A stretch of 64,000 nucleotides of DNA, taken from positions 1 to 64,000 of IMG/VR virus record IMGVR_UViG_3300045256_000135, one strand, 5' to 3'. The position numbers and the translations under genes were made by a program. Positions 1-9,784 of the stretch are shown here, piece by piece (position 1 is the first letter of the stretch; each line of letters opens with the position of its first letter). Under the pieces are notes generated by a model that did not search any database, was not told where the DNA came from, and saw only the letters and a list, made by a program, of their open reading frames with translations. Source of the DNA: a virus.

Positions 1-225
1 ACCGCTGGTTTTGGTGACCCTGGCTTCGTGGGTCAGTGGACCCTCGAGATCAGTGTAGTCCAGATAGTAACATTGAAAATTGGTATGCGTATTGCACAGG
101 TGCGTTTCATGGAGATTGCAGACCACGATCTTGGGTATGATCTCTACCAAGGGCATTACGGAGCAGATGCGATAGGTGCTGTAGAGTCCCGCGTTGACCA
201 GCAGATCAAGGAGCATTTCAAGTGA
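1..225 (+). CDS. dcd: dCTP deaminase, C-terminal part (gene starts before the window)
   Basis: Frame open from base 1: TAGFGDPGFVGQWTLEI...GMRIAQVRF, matching the dCTP deaminase DPGFxG / xRIAQ motifs. Confidence 0.85.
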   Translation, partial: TAGFGDPGFVGQWTLEISVVQIVTLKIGMRIAQVRFMEIADHDLGYDLYQGHYGADAIGAVESRVDQQIKEHFK

Positions 226-455
226 GCATTGAAGAGTTCGCCGTTGAAGCTGGCACATGGACAAGAACTCGAAGCAAGAAGATTCGGTGTGTTTTCTGCG
301 ATCACACCACATGTGATCTTAAGCTTACGTTGAAGCACACTTGGGGAGCACATGCATCTTGCCTGGGTGTAACTCGTCGTAGCTCAAAGGGTGGTGGTTT
401 GACGACCGCGGGTTTATCACGAGCTCTCGCTGGGTACACTCCACATCTTGGGTAG
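222..455 (+). CDS. small Cys/His-containing hypothetical protein
   Basis: GTGA overlap with the dcd stop; CxxC...H..C pattern. Confidence 0.5.
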   Translation: MSIEEFAVEAGTWTRTRSKKIRCVFCDHTTCDLKLTLKHTWGAHASCLGVTRRSSKGGGLTTAGLSRALAGYTPHLG

Positions 456-458
456 TCC

Positions 459-1592
459 ATGATTCTTGTTGACTATTCCGACGTACATTTCGCAAACTAT
501 TCCAGTGGCGTTTCACTACAAGATGTGGTAGCTGTAGACCAAGCAGTTACGGCTTGCGCACAGGAAGTGGGGGCGGATGCTATCATCTTTGGCGGGGATC
601 GATTTCTGAGTCACACGCCAACCGATGACGTCAGGCTTGAAGCAGACCGATGTCAACGCGATCGCAACGATCTCGGCATCGTCACGTTCAGCTTGGTAGG
701 AAACCATGACTGGTGGGGTAAAAGCTCAGTTACTGGGCATTCAAACCGTTTTGCACAGGAGCTGTGGAGCCAACGGCATGAGAATCTGGTTGTGATGGAC
801 GCACCCATCACGTATAGACACCCGAAGTTGCCGAAGCTTGCGGTCCACGCACTTCCAGCTGGAACGCACATTTCCGAGGCGCAGTTCGAACTACTGCCAA
901 ATGGTCACAATGTGCTGGTGTTCCATGACCTCCTGATGGGCGCGGTGATCGATGTTCAGACACAATATCGAGCGCCAAAAGGGTTGAACATCGCAGATCT
1001 GGATGACGAGCGTTTTGATTGTGTTTTGGGCGGAGATGTGCATATTCCCCAGAAGCTTCCGTTTGTCAAAACTCGGGGTGGGTATTGTGGGAGTCCAATA
1101 CAGCAAAGCAGGCGCGATCGGGGTGGTGACACAGGCTGGCTAGTTGTTGAGATAGAGTCCGACTTCTCTAAGCCAGTTCAAGCGCGGAAGTTTCAGTCTA
1201 CTTTTGTCTCTTCGCCTTGTCCTCGTTTTGTGGATGCAACGTTTGACCATTTGCCCACTGCACAAGAGCTAGAGGTAGAGGTGAACATTCACTATGGCGA
1301 ATCGTGCAAGGGCAACATTGTTGATGTCTTCATCACTGGTCCTCAGACGATGTTGGATCAGATATCACCAGAATATTCAGAGAGGCTACGGATAGACTTA
1401 GGCGCTAAGCGGGTTAAACTTGTCTTGAAGCTGATTCAGAACAATACAGCTATCATTACTACTCAGCTTCAGCAAACCTCTCTTATAGCCGATTACGCGT
1501 CTTTTCTAGCGACACAGCAACTTGCTGGATTGAGTGAGACATCGTTAATCGAGAAGATCCAAAACGCGATCCGAGGAGCAGGACTGTCATGA
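459..1592 (+). CDS. SbcD/Mre11-like (T4 gp47-like) metallophosphoesterase nuclease
   Basis: DVH, GDRF, GNHD, H and GDVH calcineurin-like motifs; next to an SbcC-like ATPase. Confidence 0.85.
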   Translation: MILVDYSDVHFANYSSGVSLQDVVAVDQAVTACAQEVGADAIIFGGDRFLSHTPTDDVRLEADRCQRDRNDLGIVTFSLVGNHDWWGKSSVTGHSNRFAQELWSQRHENLVVMDAPITYRHPKLPKLAVHALPAGTHISEAQFELLPNGHNVLVFHDLLMGAVIDVQTQYRAPKGLNIADLDDERFDCVLGGDVHIPQKLPFVKTRGGYCGSPIQQSRRDRGGDTGWLVVEIESDFSKPVQARKFQSTFVSSPCPRFVDATFDHLPTAQELEVEVNIHYGESCKGNIVDVFITGPQTMLDQISPEYSERLRIDLGAKRVKLVLKLIQNNTAIITTQLQQTSLIADYASFLATQQLAGLSETSLIEKIQNAIRGAGLS

Positions 1593-1777
1593 AGGTGTTC
1601 GACTATCACTGCAAGAATGGGCATACGCACGAGAAGCTGTTCCTTTTGTCTGAGCTTCCACCACCTGAATTTGCAAAATGCAATCAGTGTGAGGAGCAAG
1701 CTGAGGTTCAGAGATTCTATGTAGCAAAACCAGTGAACATGCCGATGTCAAATACCACCTACACGCAAGGGCACTGA
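1589..1777 (+). CDS. FmdB-like zinc-ribbon protein
   Basis: FDYHCKNGH...CNQC; translationally coupled on both sides. Confidence 0.6.
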   Translation: MKVFDYHCKNGHTHEKLFLLSELPPPEFAKCNQCEEQAEVQRFYVAKPVNMPMSNTTYTQGH

Positions 1778-3777
1778 TGCTTCGTTTGTTGTCGGTTAAC
1801 CCGACAGGGTTTGCAAGCTATGGAATCTGTGAGACGGTACAGATAGACCAGCAGGGCTTGGTAAACCTTCTGGGGAGAAACCTAGACAAGGACAACAGCT
1901 CAAACGGATCAGGGAAGACATCCCTGTTCAATGTGGTAACTGCATGCTTGTTTGGTAAGGTTGAGTCGTACGTTGCAGGTTCGCTTCAGGTAAACGACGC
2001 CCTTGTGAACGAGGTGCTTGGCCTCGGCATGTGTATTCGCACTGAATGGGTCAACACGAATGGTCAGCACTGGCGTGTTACTCTGAGCAGAAAGTGGGAG
2101 GGTGCAACACCCTATCCGAATGACTCAAAGTTGTGGCCATTTCGAGGGACTGATATCTACCTTGAGCAGGAGGTCTCTGGCGCATGGGTGGATCGTCGGA
2201 AAGCTGAGATGCCGAAAACGCGGCACGAGGTCTTAGCAGCAGTAGGGATATCATATGAGCGCTTTCTGTCAACGTCATACCTTACTCAGAGCTCTGGTGG
2301 TCTGGCGTTTATTCGCGGAACAAATGCTCAGCAGATGTCCGGAATCTTTGAGTCACTAGGACTGAGGACGTGGGAACTGGTTTTAGCCGAGTTGAAGACA
2401 AAGCGAGATTACGCTAAGTCAAGAAAAGAGGCTAGTGCTTCAGCATTGGCTGGAGTTCGTACTGCTATCGACCACGTTAAGAAAAGTGCTTCGTTACTGT
2501 CAGATGAGCAAGAAGCCTCTCTGAGCCGGGAGAGAGCGGGTTGTGTTCAGGCTAAAGCTACGGCAGATCAGAAGCTCGCCGAGATTTCGGATCGTATATC
2601 TCAGCTGCTGAAAAAGAAAGCGTTGAGTGACGCTAACATCAATCCGTTTGACAGCGAGCTAGGCAATGTACGCTCACAGCTAAGGACCCTTCGGTCTAAT
2701 CCAAAGCAAGATATTGGGATCTTTCAGCTACAAGCCGAAATCTCAGCCATTGCTAGCAAGGTCGCATCGACCCGAACAGAGATTCAGTCTGTGACCACAA
2801 CCAAGGTGTGCAAGACTTGTGGACAGACGATCAAAACGTCGGATCATCTCCTCTCAAGCCTGATGTCTGCACTCTCAACAGCGGAGAGTGATAAGCTGTC
2901 TTTAGAGAGCAAACTCAAGCAGCTAACCGAGCTGAGAGAGTCTGAGAGGCAGCTCGAGATAGCATCACTTGAGAAGCAAGAACTTCAATTGCAAGCTTCG
3001 TCTACCACCTGGTTGGCGTCGAAAACTATTGACGATCCGGGTCCTGAGATCGTGGTTCTGCAGCAAGAGTCGACGCAAGTTATTGGTGTGCTATCCTTAG
3101 CAAATCAGCGAATTGGAGCGATTGACAGCTCACTTAAGATGTCGGCAGATGGGAAGCAGAAACTACAACAACTTGAGTTTCAAGAAGCCGCACTAGCTGC
3201 AGAGTTCACAGTACTCGAACGAGACTTCCTCGAGTACGAGTGGCTTTATACGCATTCAGGTGACAAGGGGTTCAAGTCGTGGAAGTTGGCAACTTGTGTT
3301 GACCGGTTAAACTCGCTATTAGCTGAGGTGCTCTCGGAGATTGATCCTAGTCTTAAGGTGTGGTGTCAATCGTTCAGAGTCAAAGCTAAGGCCGGCAAAG
3401 AGGTGAAACAAGAGGATCTCATCCACGAGTTCACAATCTTTGTGAAAGACGGTGCAAAGTCTACGGTTCCCATTGAGCTGTACAGTGGTGGTGAATCGAG
3501 TTTGATTGCCATCGCACTGATGGTTGCACAGTGGCGTCTTGGATCAGAGGTTGGCGGAGGGACTAACTTTCTTGCTCTTGATGAAGTAGCCTCAGCTCTA
3601 GATGCCAGAGCAAGCCAGCTCGTTGCCAATTTCATCGAGAGCATGAAAGCTCATGGCAAGACGGTAGTGATGATTAGTCACAACAATCTGATTGACGTGA
3701 TCGACTTTGACCATAAGTGGGTTGTTACGAAACAGCATGATATCTCCACGATCGAAGTTATTGGTGGAGGTAAATAG
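1777..3777 (+). CDS. SbcC/Rad50-like (T4 gp46-like) ABC ATPase
   Basis: Walker A NGSGKTS, coiled coil with central zinc hook CKTCGQ, signature YSGGE, Walker B LALDE, H-loop ISH. Confidence 0.92.
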   Translation: MLRLLSVNPTGFASYGICETVQIDQQGLVNLLGRNLDKDNSSNGSGKTSLFNVVTACLFGKVESYVAGSLQVNDALVNEVLGLGMCIRTEWVNTNGQHWRVTLSRKWEGATPYPNDSKLWPFRGTDIYLEQEVSGAWVDRRKAEMPKTRHEVLAAVGISYERFLSTSYLTQSSGGLAFIRGTNAQQMSGIFESLGLRTWELVLAELKTKRDYAKSRKEASASALAGVRTAIDHVKKSASLLSDEQEASLSRERAGCVQAKATADQKLAEISDRISQLLKKKALSDANINPFDSELGNVRSQLRTLRSNPKQDIGIFQLQAEISAIASKVASTRTEIQSVTTTKVCKTCGQTIKTSDHLLSSLMSALSTAESDKLSLESKLKQLTELRESERQLEIASLEKQELQLQASSTTWLASKTIDDPGPEIVVLQQESTQVIGVLSLANQRIGAIDSSLKMSADGKQKLQQLEFQEAALAAEFTVLERDFLEYEWLYTHSGDKGFKSWKLATCVDRLNSLLAEVLSEIDPSLKVWCQSFRVKAKAGKEVKQEDLIHEFTIFVKDGAKSTVPIELYSGGESSLIAIALMVAQWRLGSEVGGGTNFLALDEVASALDARASQLVANFIESMKAHGKTVVMISHNNLIDVIDFDHKWVVTKQHDISTIEVIGGGK

Positions 3778-3781
3778 ACTC

Positions 3782-4045
3782 ATGCGAAAGCTAACAAGCA
3801 CAATAGCTCAAGCTGAGGCTGCAGCTAACACTGTAGAGCTGTACGAGGGTAAGAAGCAGCGGGAGTTCTCGGGTATTCAGTACACGCTTGAGCAGGATGA
3901 TGCAGTGCTCATCACTGGTCGATTTCCACAAAAGCGAGTCAGTGAGATTGTTCTGTCCAAGGAGGGCAAGGACTATCTCGGAGGCATCTATCGTAATGCG
4001 GGTTCTGAACTTCAAAGAATCATCACCTTCTGGTTCGACAAGTGA
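3782..4045 (+). CDS. hypothetical protein
   Basis: ATG after GGAGG, directly after the SbcC-like stop. Confidence 0.5.
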   Translation: MRKLTSTIAQAEAAANTVELYEGKKQREFSGIQYTLEQDDAVLITGRFPQKRVSEIVLSKEGKDYLGGIYRNAGSELQRIITFWFDK

Positions 4046-4988
4046 TTCTGTTCAGGTTGAGCCATCTGGCTTGATCTTCAGAGCAGACACTCAATTTCAG
4101 TTCAACTGGGCTATCGAACCATTCCCGTACACCCGCCTGAATCACAACTCACGCTGGACAGCTGGTCCAGGATCGCAAGAGTTTCAGTACATGGCTTGGG
4201 TCGACAAGATTCGAGAGCTCTACGATACCCTTGACTACAATAGCATCACTGGCGTCCCCTTTCATGAACCACTCTCAGTTCGCGGGGACTTTTTTGTCTC
4301 GGAAAATTGCAGTGGCAAGGACCTTGACAATTTGGTTAAGGGGATCATGGACTGCATGAATCCTTCACGAAAGAAGGACTTTAGTGGGCTGAGAACGTTT
4401 GTCTGGGTTGATGATAGACAGATCGTTTCGCATGGACCTTACACGAAGCGCCCACAAAAAGTGCTGCCAAACATCGCAATCACAGTAGCACCATTGTGGT
4501 CAAGGTACAAGCACAATCTGAACTTCGCACCACGCCCGTTGCTTGGCTGGCCACAGTCTGCACAGGGATGGATGTGGCCACACCCAGAGAGTGATCAGTT
4601 TCGGGGGTTCACAAAACTCGAGTTTTTATTGTGGCACAGATTCTGCCATGTAACTCAAGGGATCTCACCTCAGGCATTCCACGAATTGCTAGCGACAGGT
4701 GAAGAGTCAACAAACGAAGCAATTGCTTCAGGTAAAACAAAGCTAGGAGCAAAAGTGCAGCGTGTGGTCTCAGTGATCAAGGAACGTTTGCCAGATCCAA
4801 TTGGGTGGTTTGAGCAGACTCCATTCGACCAGTTGACGTTTGAGTCTACTGCTCGTGAACTGTCTGAAGAGTTACGCGTAGCGTGGTCCAGTATTCGTGC
4901 AAGCTTGATGCATCAGTTCATTGACTGGTCCAGGCCACAGACCGATGACAATCTGAAAGCTTTCGCAAAGCGCTACGAGAAACGATGA
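3996..4988 (+). CDS. RusA-like Holliday junction resolvase with C-terminal extension
   Basis: KDLDNLVKGIMDCM...WVDDRQIV matches RusA DxDNxxK...DDxQ; start uncertain. Confidence 0.7.
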   Translation: MRVLNFKESSPSGSTSDSVQVEPSGLIFRADTQFQFNWAIEPFPYTRLNHNSRWTAGPGSQEFQYMAWVDKIRELYDTLDYNSITGVPFHEPLSVRGDFFVSENCSGKDLDNLVKGIMDCMNPSRKKDFSGLRTFVWVDDRQIVSHGPYTKRPQKVLPNIAITVAPLWSRYKHNLNFAPRPLLGWPQSAQGWMWPHPESDQFRGFTKLEFLLWHRFCHVTQGISPQAFHELLATGEESTNEAIASGKTKLGAKVQRVVSVIKERLPDPIGWFEQTPFDQLTFESTARELSEELRVAWSSIRASLMHQFIDWSRPQTDDNLKAFAKRYEKR

Positions 4989-6124
4989 TTTCTGGATCTA
5001 CCGAAGTGCTCGTGCCAACCAACCCCTCGGACTCCAAGGTGTTTGTGTTCACCATTGATACGAGCTCGTCTGAGTACAAGTTTGCGCTCAAGCGTTGGGA
5101 GAAGGACCAAAGCGTTTCTGAACGTACACTAGCGTCTCTTGAAGAGTTTCACAAGACTCTGGTGGTGGACAAGCTTGAGTCTGAGACCTGGCCGTCATTA
5201 ATTCTCCGATTGACAGATTTTGCTTTAACCAAGACTGATGCTGGTACTGAGCTTAGTGTGTGTTTTGATGAGCTCCCAAAGATTGACCTCCCCGCACACT
5301 TGTTGAATCCAACGCAAGACGCTAATTATGGGCATCTACCACCCCTAACTGAAGCCGATTACTCAGCTGCAGTTGAGACTGCTTGGGCATCAATCAAGCA
5401 AAAGCATGCAATGCTTTATGAGGACCCTGAACATCTGGTGGTCGAATTGGGGGATTGGGTAGTGCTTGACTCGATCTCTAAGCGTTCGGGTGATTTGTGG
5501 AAGGCTGGGTGCTTCGTAAACCAGAAGCATCATGTGATTGATGGGGCTCTGAAGCCAAAATCGTTGTTGACTGAGTTGATTGGCAAGTCGAAGGGTAATC
5601 ACAAGCTTGTGCTAGCTCTTGACGAGCAGTTTGGCATACTAGCGGGACAGATGGTTGAAATGGATTTGACGATTAAGTCCATCCTTATCAACAAGATCCC
5701 CACTAACGAAGAGTTGCTTGAGCTTCTCCGAGAGGAAAATCCGAAGCTCACTTTTGCAGAGTTGACTGATAGAATCGTGTCTCAGACCAGAAAGACGGTC
5801 TACGAGAAATGGGAGCGAGATGCTGCTAAGCATCTCTTAACTCAGGTTGTCTCTGAGATCACCATTCCGGAGTTTCCGCGTTCCTGGATTGAGGCTAAAA
5901 AAGACCAGTTGAAAGAGCAGTTAGCCAAAAGCGATCTCCGAATTGCACCGTCCACTGTAGATTCGATTGTACACGAGGAAGTGATGATCGAAGCTATTAC
6001 AGTGGCAGTTCTGTTCAATTACGGGTTGGCGACAGGTATAACTAGACAGCGCAATACGCCTATAGGTGAGTACCTGTACCAATGCATGCGAAGACTTCTG
6101 GAAAGGCACCAACTGGCCCAGTAA
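4985..6124 (+). CDS. divergent trigger-factor-like protein (FKBP-like plus helical C-terminal domain)
   Basis: VELGDWVVLD...LTELIGKSKG...LAGQMVEMDLTIKSI...TFAELTDRI...IPEFPRSWIE follows the Tig PPIase/C-domain pattern; no GFRxGxxP motif. Confidence 0.55.
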   Translation: MISGSTEVLVPTNPSDSKVFVFTIDTSSSEYKFALKRWEKDQSVSERTLASLEEFHKTLVVDKLESETWPSLILRLTDFALTKTDAGTELSVCFDELPKIDLPAHLLNPTQDANYGHLPPLTEADYSAAVETAWASIKQKHAMLYEDPEHLVVELGDWVVLDSISKRSGDLWKAGCFVNQKHHVIDGALKPKSLLTELIGKSKGNHKLVLALDEQFGILAGQMVEMDLTIKSILINKIPTNEELLELLREENPKLTFAELTDRIVSQTRKTVYEKWERDAAKHLLTQVVSEITIPEFPRSWIEAKKDQLKEQLAKSDLRIAPSTVDSIVHEEVMIEAITVAVLFNYGLATGITRQRNTPIGEYLYQCMRRLLERHQLAQ

Positions 6125-7003
6125 CCTGCACAGGTTACGGTTGTGATCGCCCGATCGAAGGCGCATTCGAATTTTGTCAACAGTGTCGAGACGAATATTC
6201 GATCAAAGCCCTTGAATTGATGCGTGAGTTTGGCGCACCAATTCAACAGGTGATCATTGAGGCTACCAAGATGTTTCAGGATGCGCAAGGCATTGCTGAT
6301 TATCTTGGTGTGAGCTTGCCGACACTGTACAGTTGGATTCACCGTTTCCAACGTGTGTCATTCAAGCAGTTCAAGCGTAAATACGTGTGTGCCGGGAAGA
6401 CCTGCATCGTTGTTGACCATGGTTCAACTGAATACGCTTGGAAGTACACAATCTCAGATCGTGTGCATAATCGCAAAGGGTGCATTTGCTTTGTCGAAGG
6501 CTCAGATCGACTTTTCCTTACCACCATGAGCGCAGAAGCAGTCTCCGAGGTCTTACACGCTGAGGTTGTACTTGAGCGATCAACCGACATCCACCACATC
6601 CGCTATCCTGTCAGATTACCAATCTTCGGACAGCCAACAGTTAAGCCCAGTAATCCCTACAGCTGGCGAACTAAGAGAAAGACCGAAGACGAGGAGTGAG
6701 TGTGCGGATGTTCTAAGACCCTGCCCATATGTCTCTTGTCGGTACAATACGCAGCTCGACGTCTCCGAGAAGGGTGAGGTGCGGGTCCACTTAGTTGTGT
6801 ACAAAGAGGATCAAGCAGATTCGTCTTGTGCGCTTGATCTAGCTGATGATGATGGTCACTTTGAAGAGAAAGAGATTGCTGATCTGCTGGGGCTTACTCC
6901 GGAAGAAGTCAAGCAAACCCTCGAGAGTGCTTTCCGAAAGCTTCGACACTTCTCCAAGGTCGATCTCATTCGATTCCTGTATACGCAGACTACAGAAGAC
7001 TGA
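6082..7003 (+). CDS. HTH + Cys-rich + sigma70 region-4 regulator, probably one gene split by a 1-nt indel near 6646 (track ORFs 6082-6699 and 6566-7003)
   Basis: AQGIADYLGVSLPTLYSW (HTH); RPKTRSEC..RPCPYVSC..SCALDLAD..EIADLLGLTPEEVKQTLESAFRKLR; removing one C from CCC 6646-6648 joins the frames. Confidence 0.6.
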
Positions 7004-7017
7004 AAAGTTCGTGTAAC

Positions 7018-7042
7018 GTTCTCATAGTATGATTGTGAGAAC
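7018..7042 (+). other. intergenic hairpin before the putative virion gene block
   Basis: GTTCTCATAGT-ATG-ATTGTGAGAAC, 11 bp with 2 G.U; TATGAT spans the loop. Confidence 0.55.
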
Positions 7043-7073
7043 AGTCACGTTATCTCTTCTGGAGTGCAAAGTT

Positions 7074-8729
7074 ATGCGTATAACAGATGCTGCTAAGGAC
7101 GGACTCCCACTCGCTCTCAGTTCGGAGGCCTTTAGTCGCATTGCTCAGGCGGTTGATGCACCGCCGGTTGAGCAAGAGCAACCAGTTGAAGAGCCACTTG
7201 CTCCTGTTGCAGGAGATGACAACGTTGATCTTGGGCCTGACTTCAAGTCGGCTCAGGCAAAGGTTGCATCACTCGGGTACAAGCCTATTGGCTCCCTGAT
7301 GTATAAGAAGGCCCATCGTATTTGGACGATGGAGCACAGCCCAAATGGGTTTGCACTTGTTCGGATGGCTGCAGAGCCTGCAGAATTCCCCGAGCAGGAC
7401 GGTGAGTCTCACGAAGCTCCAGACACACTTCACCCAGAAGAAAAGCAAGCTCAGTTTGACGAGGATGAAGAGGACGAAGGAGCTACTGATCCAGATGCGT
7501 GCCCACAGTGTGGATCAGTGCCAGGCAGTGGTGCAACGAGAGGGTGCCCAGGTTGTGACCCGAAACTGCTGTACGGGTACGACGTTCCTGATTCAGCCTA
7601 CAAGAAGGCTAGCGTTCAGTACAGAGATCGCTATGGGGTCCAGCTAAAGGTTGGACAGAAGGTTTCGTACACCCTTGGTGGTGACTATGTTACGGGCAGA
7701 GTCGAGCGTGTCTATGATGGATACGCAGATGTTCGTCTCGCCAATCAGATGGACGAAGGGGTCCCACACGAGATGCTGGTTGTCAAGCGTGCTTCAGACG
7801 ACATGGAGACGAATCCGCTAGAGGATCCTGATGGTGTCCCCGATGACATGTCGATGCACAAGAGCCTCTCAGCCGGCCGGATGATTCTGGCTTTTGCTAC
7901 CTGGGGCGCCCACATCGCAGATCAGGTGGTAGATGCTCCTGGGCTTACCCCACGACTGAAGACTGCAATGCTCCAAGCGGTTCCAGAGCAACACCGCTCG
8001 ATGAAGCGGATTGCCTCACGTGAGGCACTAGTGAAGCATGCAGGTGCTGCTAAGGAATCAGCAGTTCGCCGGATCGTCCTTGAAGGCATCAAGGTGCGAA
8101 AGCTGGCGAAGAAGAACAACCTGCCATTCCTACTGCAGTGGCACCTCCGCAATGATGATTCGCCAAAGGCTCGATTCAAGGCAATCAAGGCCTATCGAGC
8201 TGGTGCTCTTCCTGAGCAGAAGATTCTCAAGCAAGCTGTTGATTCAGTCGCTGAGAACTACTGGGAGCAATACTTCGGCGAGTACGGGCGGATCTGGGTT
8301 CAGGATGTAAAACGCCGGATCAAGGCTGATTACGTTGCTGAGAAGCTTCGCCGCCAGGGTGTTGACAACAAAGCAGTCGACTACTGGTCGAATTACTACG
8401 GTGATTACGGTGGAAAACTGGTTGACGAAGTGAGTCGTTCGCTTGATGAGAAGCCAAAGGCTAGTGGGAAGAAGACAGCAGCTCCTTATGGGGTTGACGC
8501 TCCTCCAATGCCACTTCCACAACCTGTCAACCGCAGAGACATCTTTGCAGGCAAGACGTTTCTGTTCGACGAGTCACTAGGTAACAATCGGGTTGCGTTG
8601 CAGAGAGTTGAGAATGGTTTCAACCTCTTGGTTCGAGTTGCAAATGCGCAGAAAGGCCAATTCATTCGGTCAAAGGATGAAGCCCTAGGCGCTTTCGCTA
8701 GAGAAGTGAAGGCCCACATTACGGGCTGA
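7074..8729 (+). CDS. putative virion/internal head protein with an SH3-like segment and two YWxxY[YF]GxYG repeats
   Basis: ATG after GGAG; acidic low-complexity blocks separated by KQA/KKA/KRA/KTA; AENYWEQYFGEYG and AVDYWSNYYGDYG. Confidence 0.5.
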   Translation: MRITDAAKDGLPLALSSEAFSRIAQAVDAPPVEQEQPVEEPLAPVAGDDNVDLGPDFKSAQAKVASLGYKPIGSLMYKKAHRIWTMEHSPNGFALVRMAAEPAEFPEQDGESHEAPDTLHPEEKQAQFDEDEEDEGATDPDACPQCGSVPGSGATRGCPGCDPKLLYGYDVPDSAYKKASVQYRDRYGVQLKVGQKVSYTLGGDYVTGRVERVYDGYADVRLANQMDEGVPHEMLVVKRASDDMETNPLEDPDGVPDDMSMHKSLSAGRMILAFATWGAHIADQVVDAPGLTPRLKTAMLQAVPEQHRSMKRIASREALVKHAGAAKESAVRRIVLEGIKVRKLAKKNNLPFLLQWHLRNDDSPKARFKAIKAYRAGALPEQKILKQAVDSVAENYWEQYFGEYGRIWVQDVKRRIKADYVAEKLRRQGVDNKAVDYWSNYYGDYGGKLVDEVSRSLDEKPKASGKKTAAPYGVDAPPMPLPQPVNRRDIFAGKTFLFDESLGNNRVALQRVENGFNLLVRVANAQKGQFIRSKDEALGAFAREVKAHITG

Positions 8730-8747
8730 TTCTGAAGGAGAACGAAC

Positions 8748-9359
8748 ATGGCACAGGACGTTGTCAGCGTAAAGAACAACACGAGCTACCCGCTTTCATT
8801 CGAAGCAACAATTGCTCCGAAGGTGGTTCGGGCTAGCATCGCAGCTGGTGCAACTGCATCAGTCCCTCTTCCGATTGGTGTCACTGCAGAAGACCTTGCC
8901 ACTTCTCCAGAGGTCAAGGCGGAGAATGCAAAGGTCTCTCCGAACTTTTCGGTGACCTCGCCTCCCCAGACAGGGTTGGTTGGTAATCTCACGGACGTGG
9001 AGATTCTTCGCGCCTCTCAGGCAGTTGCAGCCACAGTCGCTGCTCCTGGCCTACAGCTCGGCATGGTCAACCGTGGTGGCCAGCTGTACAAGCTCAGAGT
9101 CATTTCGCCGGTTGCTTCAGCGGCGGGTGAGTCCTGGGTCATTACTCAGCTGCGTAAGAACGGAACTAACGTTCTCGCAGCTAACCTTACGCTAGCCGCC
9201 TCGACGGCAGCTAGAACGGTTGTTGAGGTTGATCTCACGTCGCTTGGCCTCACTGCGGCGGATGGCGATGTGTTCGATTGCCTCGTCACCTACACTGCAG
9301 GTGGTGGCCCCACGCCGCTTGCGAACCTCCAGGTGTCTCTCGTTATCGCGAGCATCTGA
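8748..9359 (+). CDS. putative virion structural (decoration-like) protein
   Basis: Strong AAGGAG RBS; A/V/T/G-rich, beta-strand-like composition. Confidence 0.5.
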   Translation: MAQDVVSVKNNTSYPLSFEATIAPKVVRASIAAGATASVPLPIGVTAEDLATSPEVKAENAKVSPNFSVTSPPQTGLVGNLTDVEILRASQAVAATVAAPGLQLGMVNRGGQLYKLRVISPVASAAGESWVITQLRKNGTNVLAANLTLAASTAARTVVEVDLTSLGLTAADGDVFDCLVTYTAGGGPTPLANLQVSLVIASI

Positions 9360-9729
9360 TGCCATCACGGGACAGTGGGGGTAGTAGATATGCTCTCTGC
9401 CCCCTCGGGGATGTGGTGCTGGTTGGCTTTGATTCAAACTCAGACGCCAGAATCCTTGGTTATGATGCGATTTCGTAACTGTTCAGTGCAGATCTGGTTG
9501 GACGAAAGCAATGCAGCGGAAGACGATTTCAAACAGTACAACGAACATCTCAGCCACTGCATGCAAAGACTGCGAAGCCAGACAGTGCCACAAATCGGGA
9601 TGCACAGGAAGGCTAAAACGACTGGCACTAAGTCGTGAGTTACTGTTCAGGTGTACCGACTGTAAGACAGAGTACACTGGGTTCCAGGTTCTGAATAGGC
9701 AACAAGGATCTATCGTCCGCCAGCATTGA
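9359..9729 (+). CDS. Cys-rich zinc-binding protein, probably split by a 1-nt indel at 9471-9473
   Basis: TGATG coupling; adding one T to the TTT run joins MPSRD...YDAI to FVTVQC...CKDC..CTDC. Confidence 0.45.
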
Positions 9730-9784
9730 ACAGATGCGTGGTTGATTTACAAAAAGCTCAATACTTGTTGAGACAGGTGAGACA

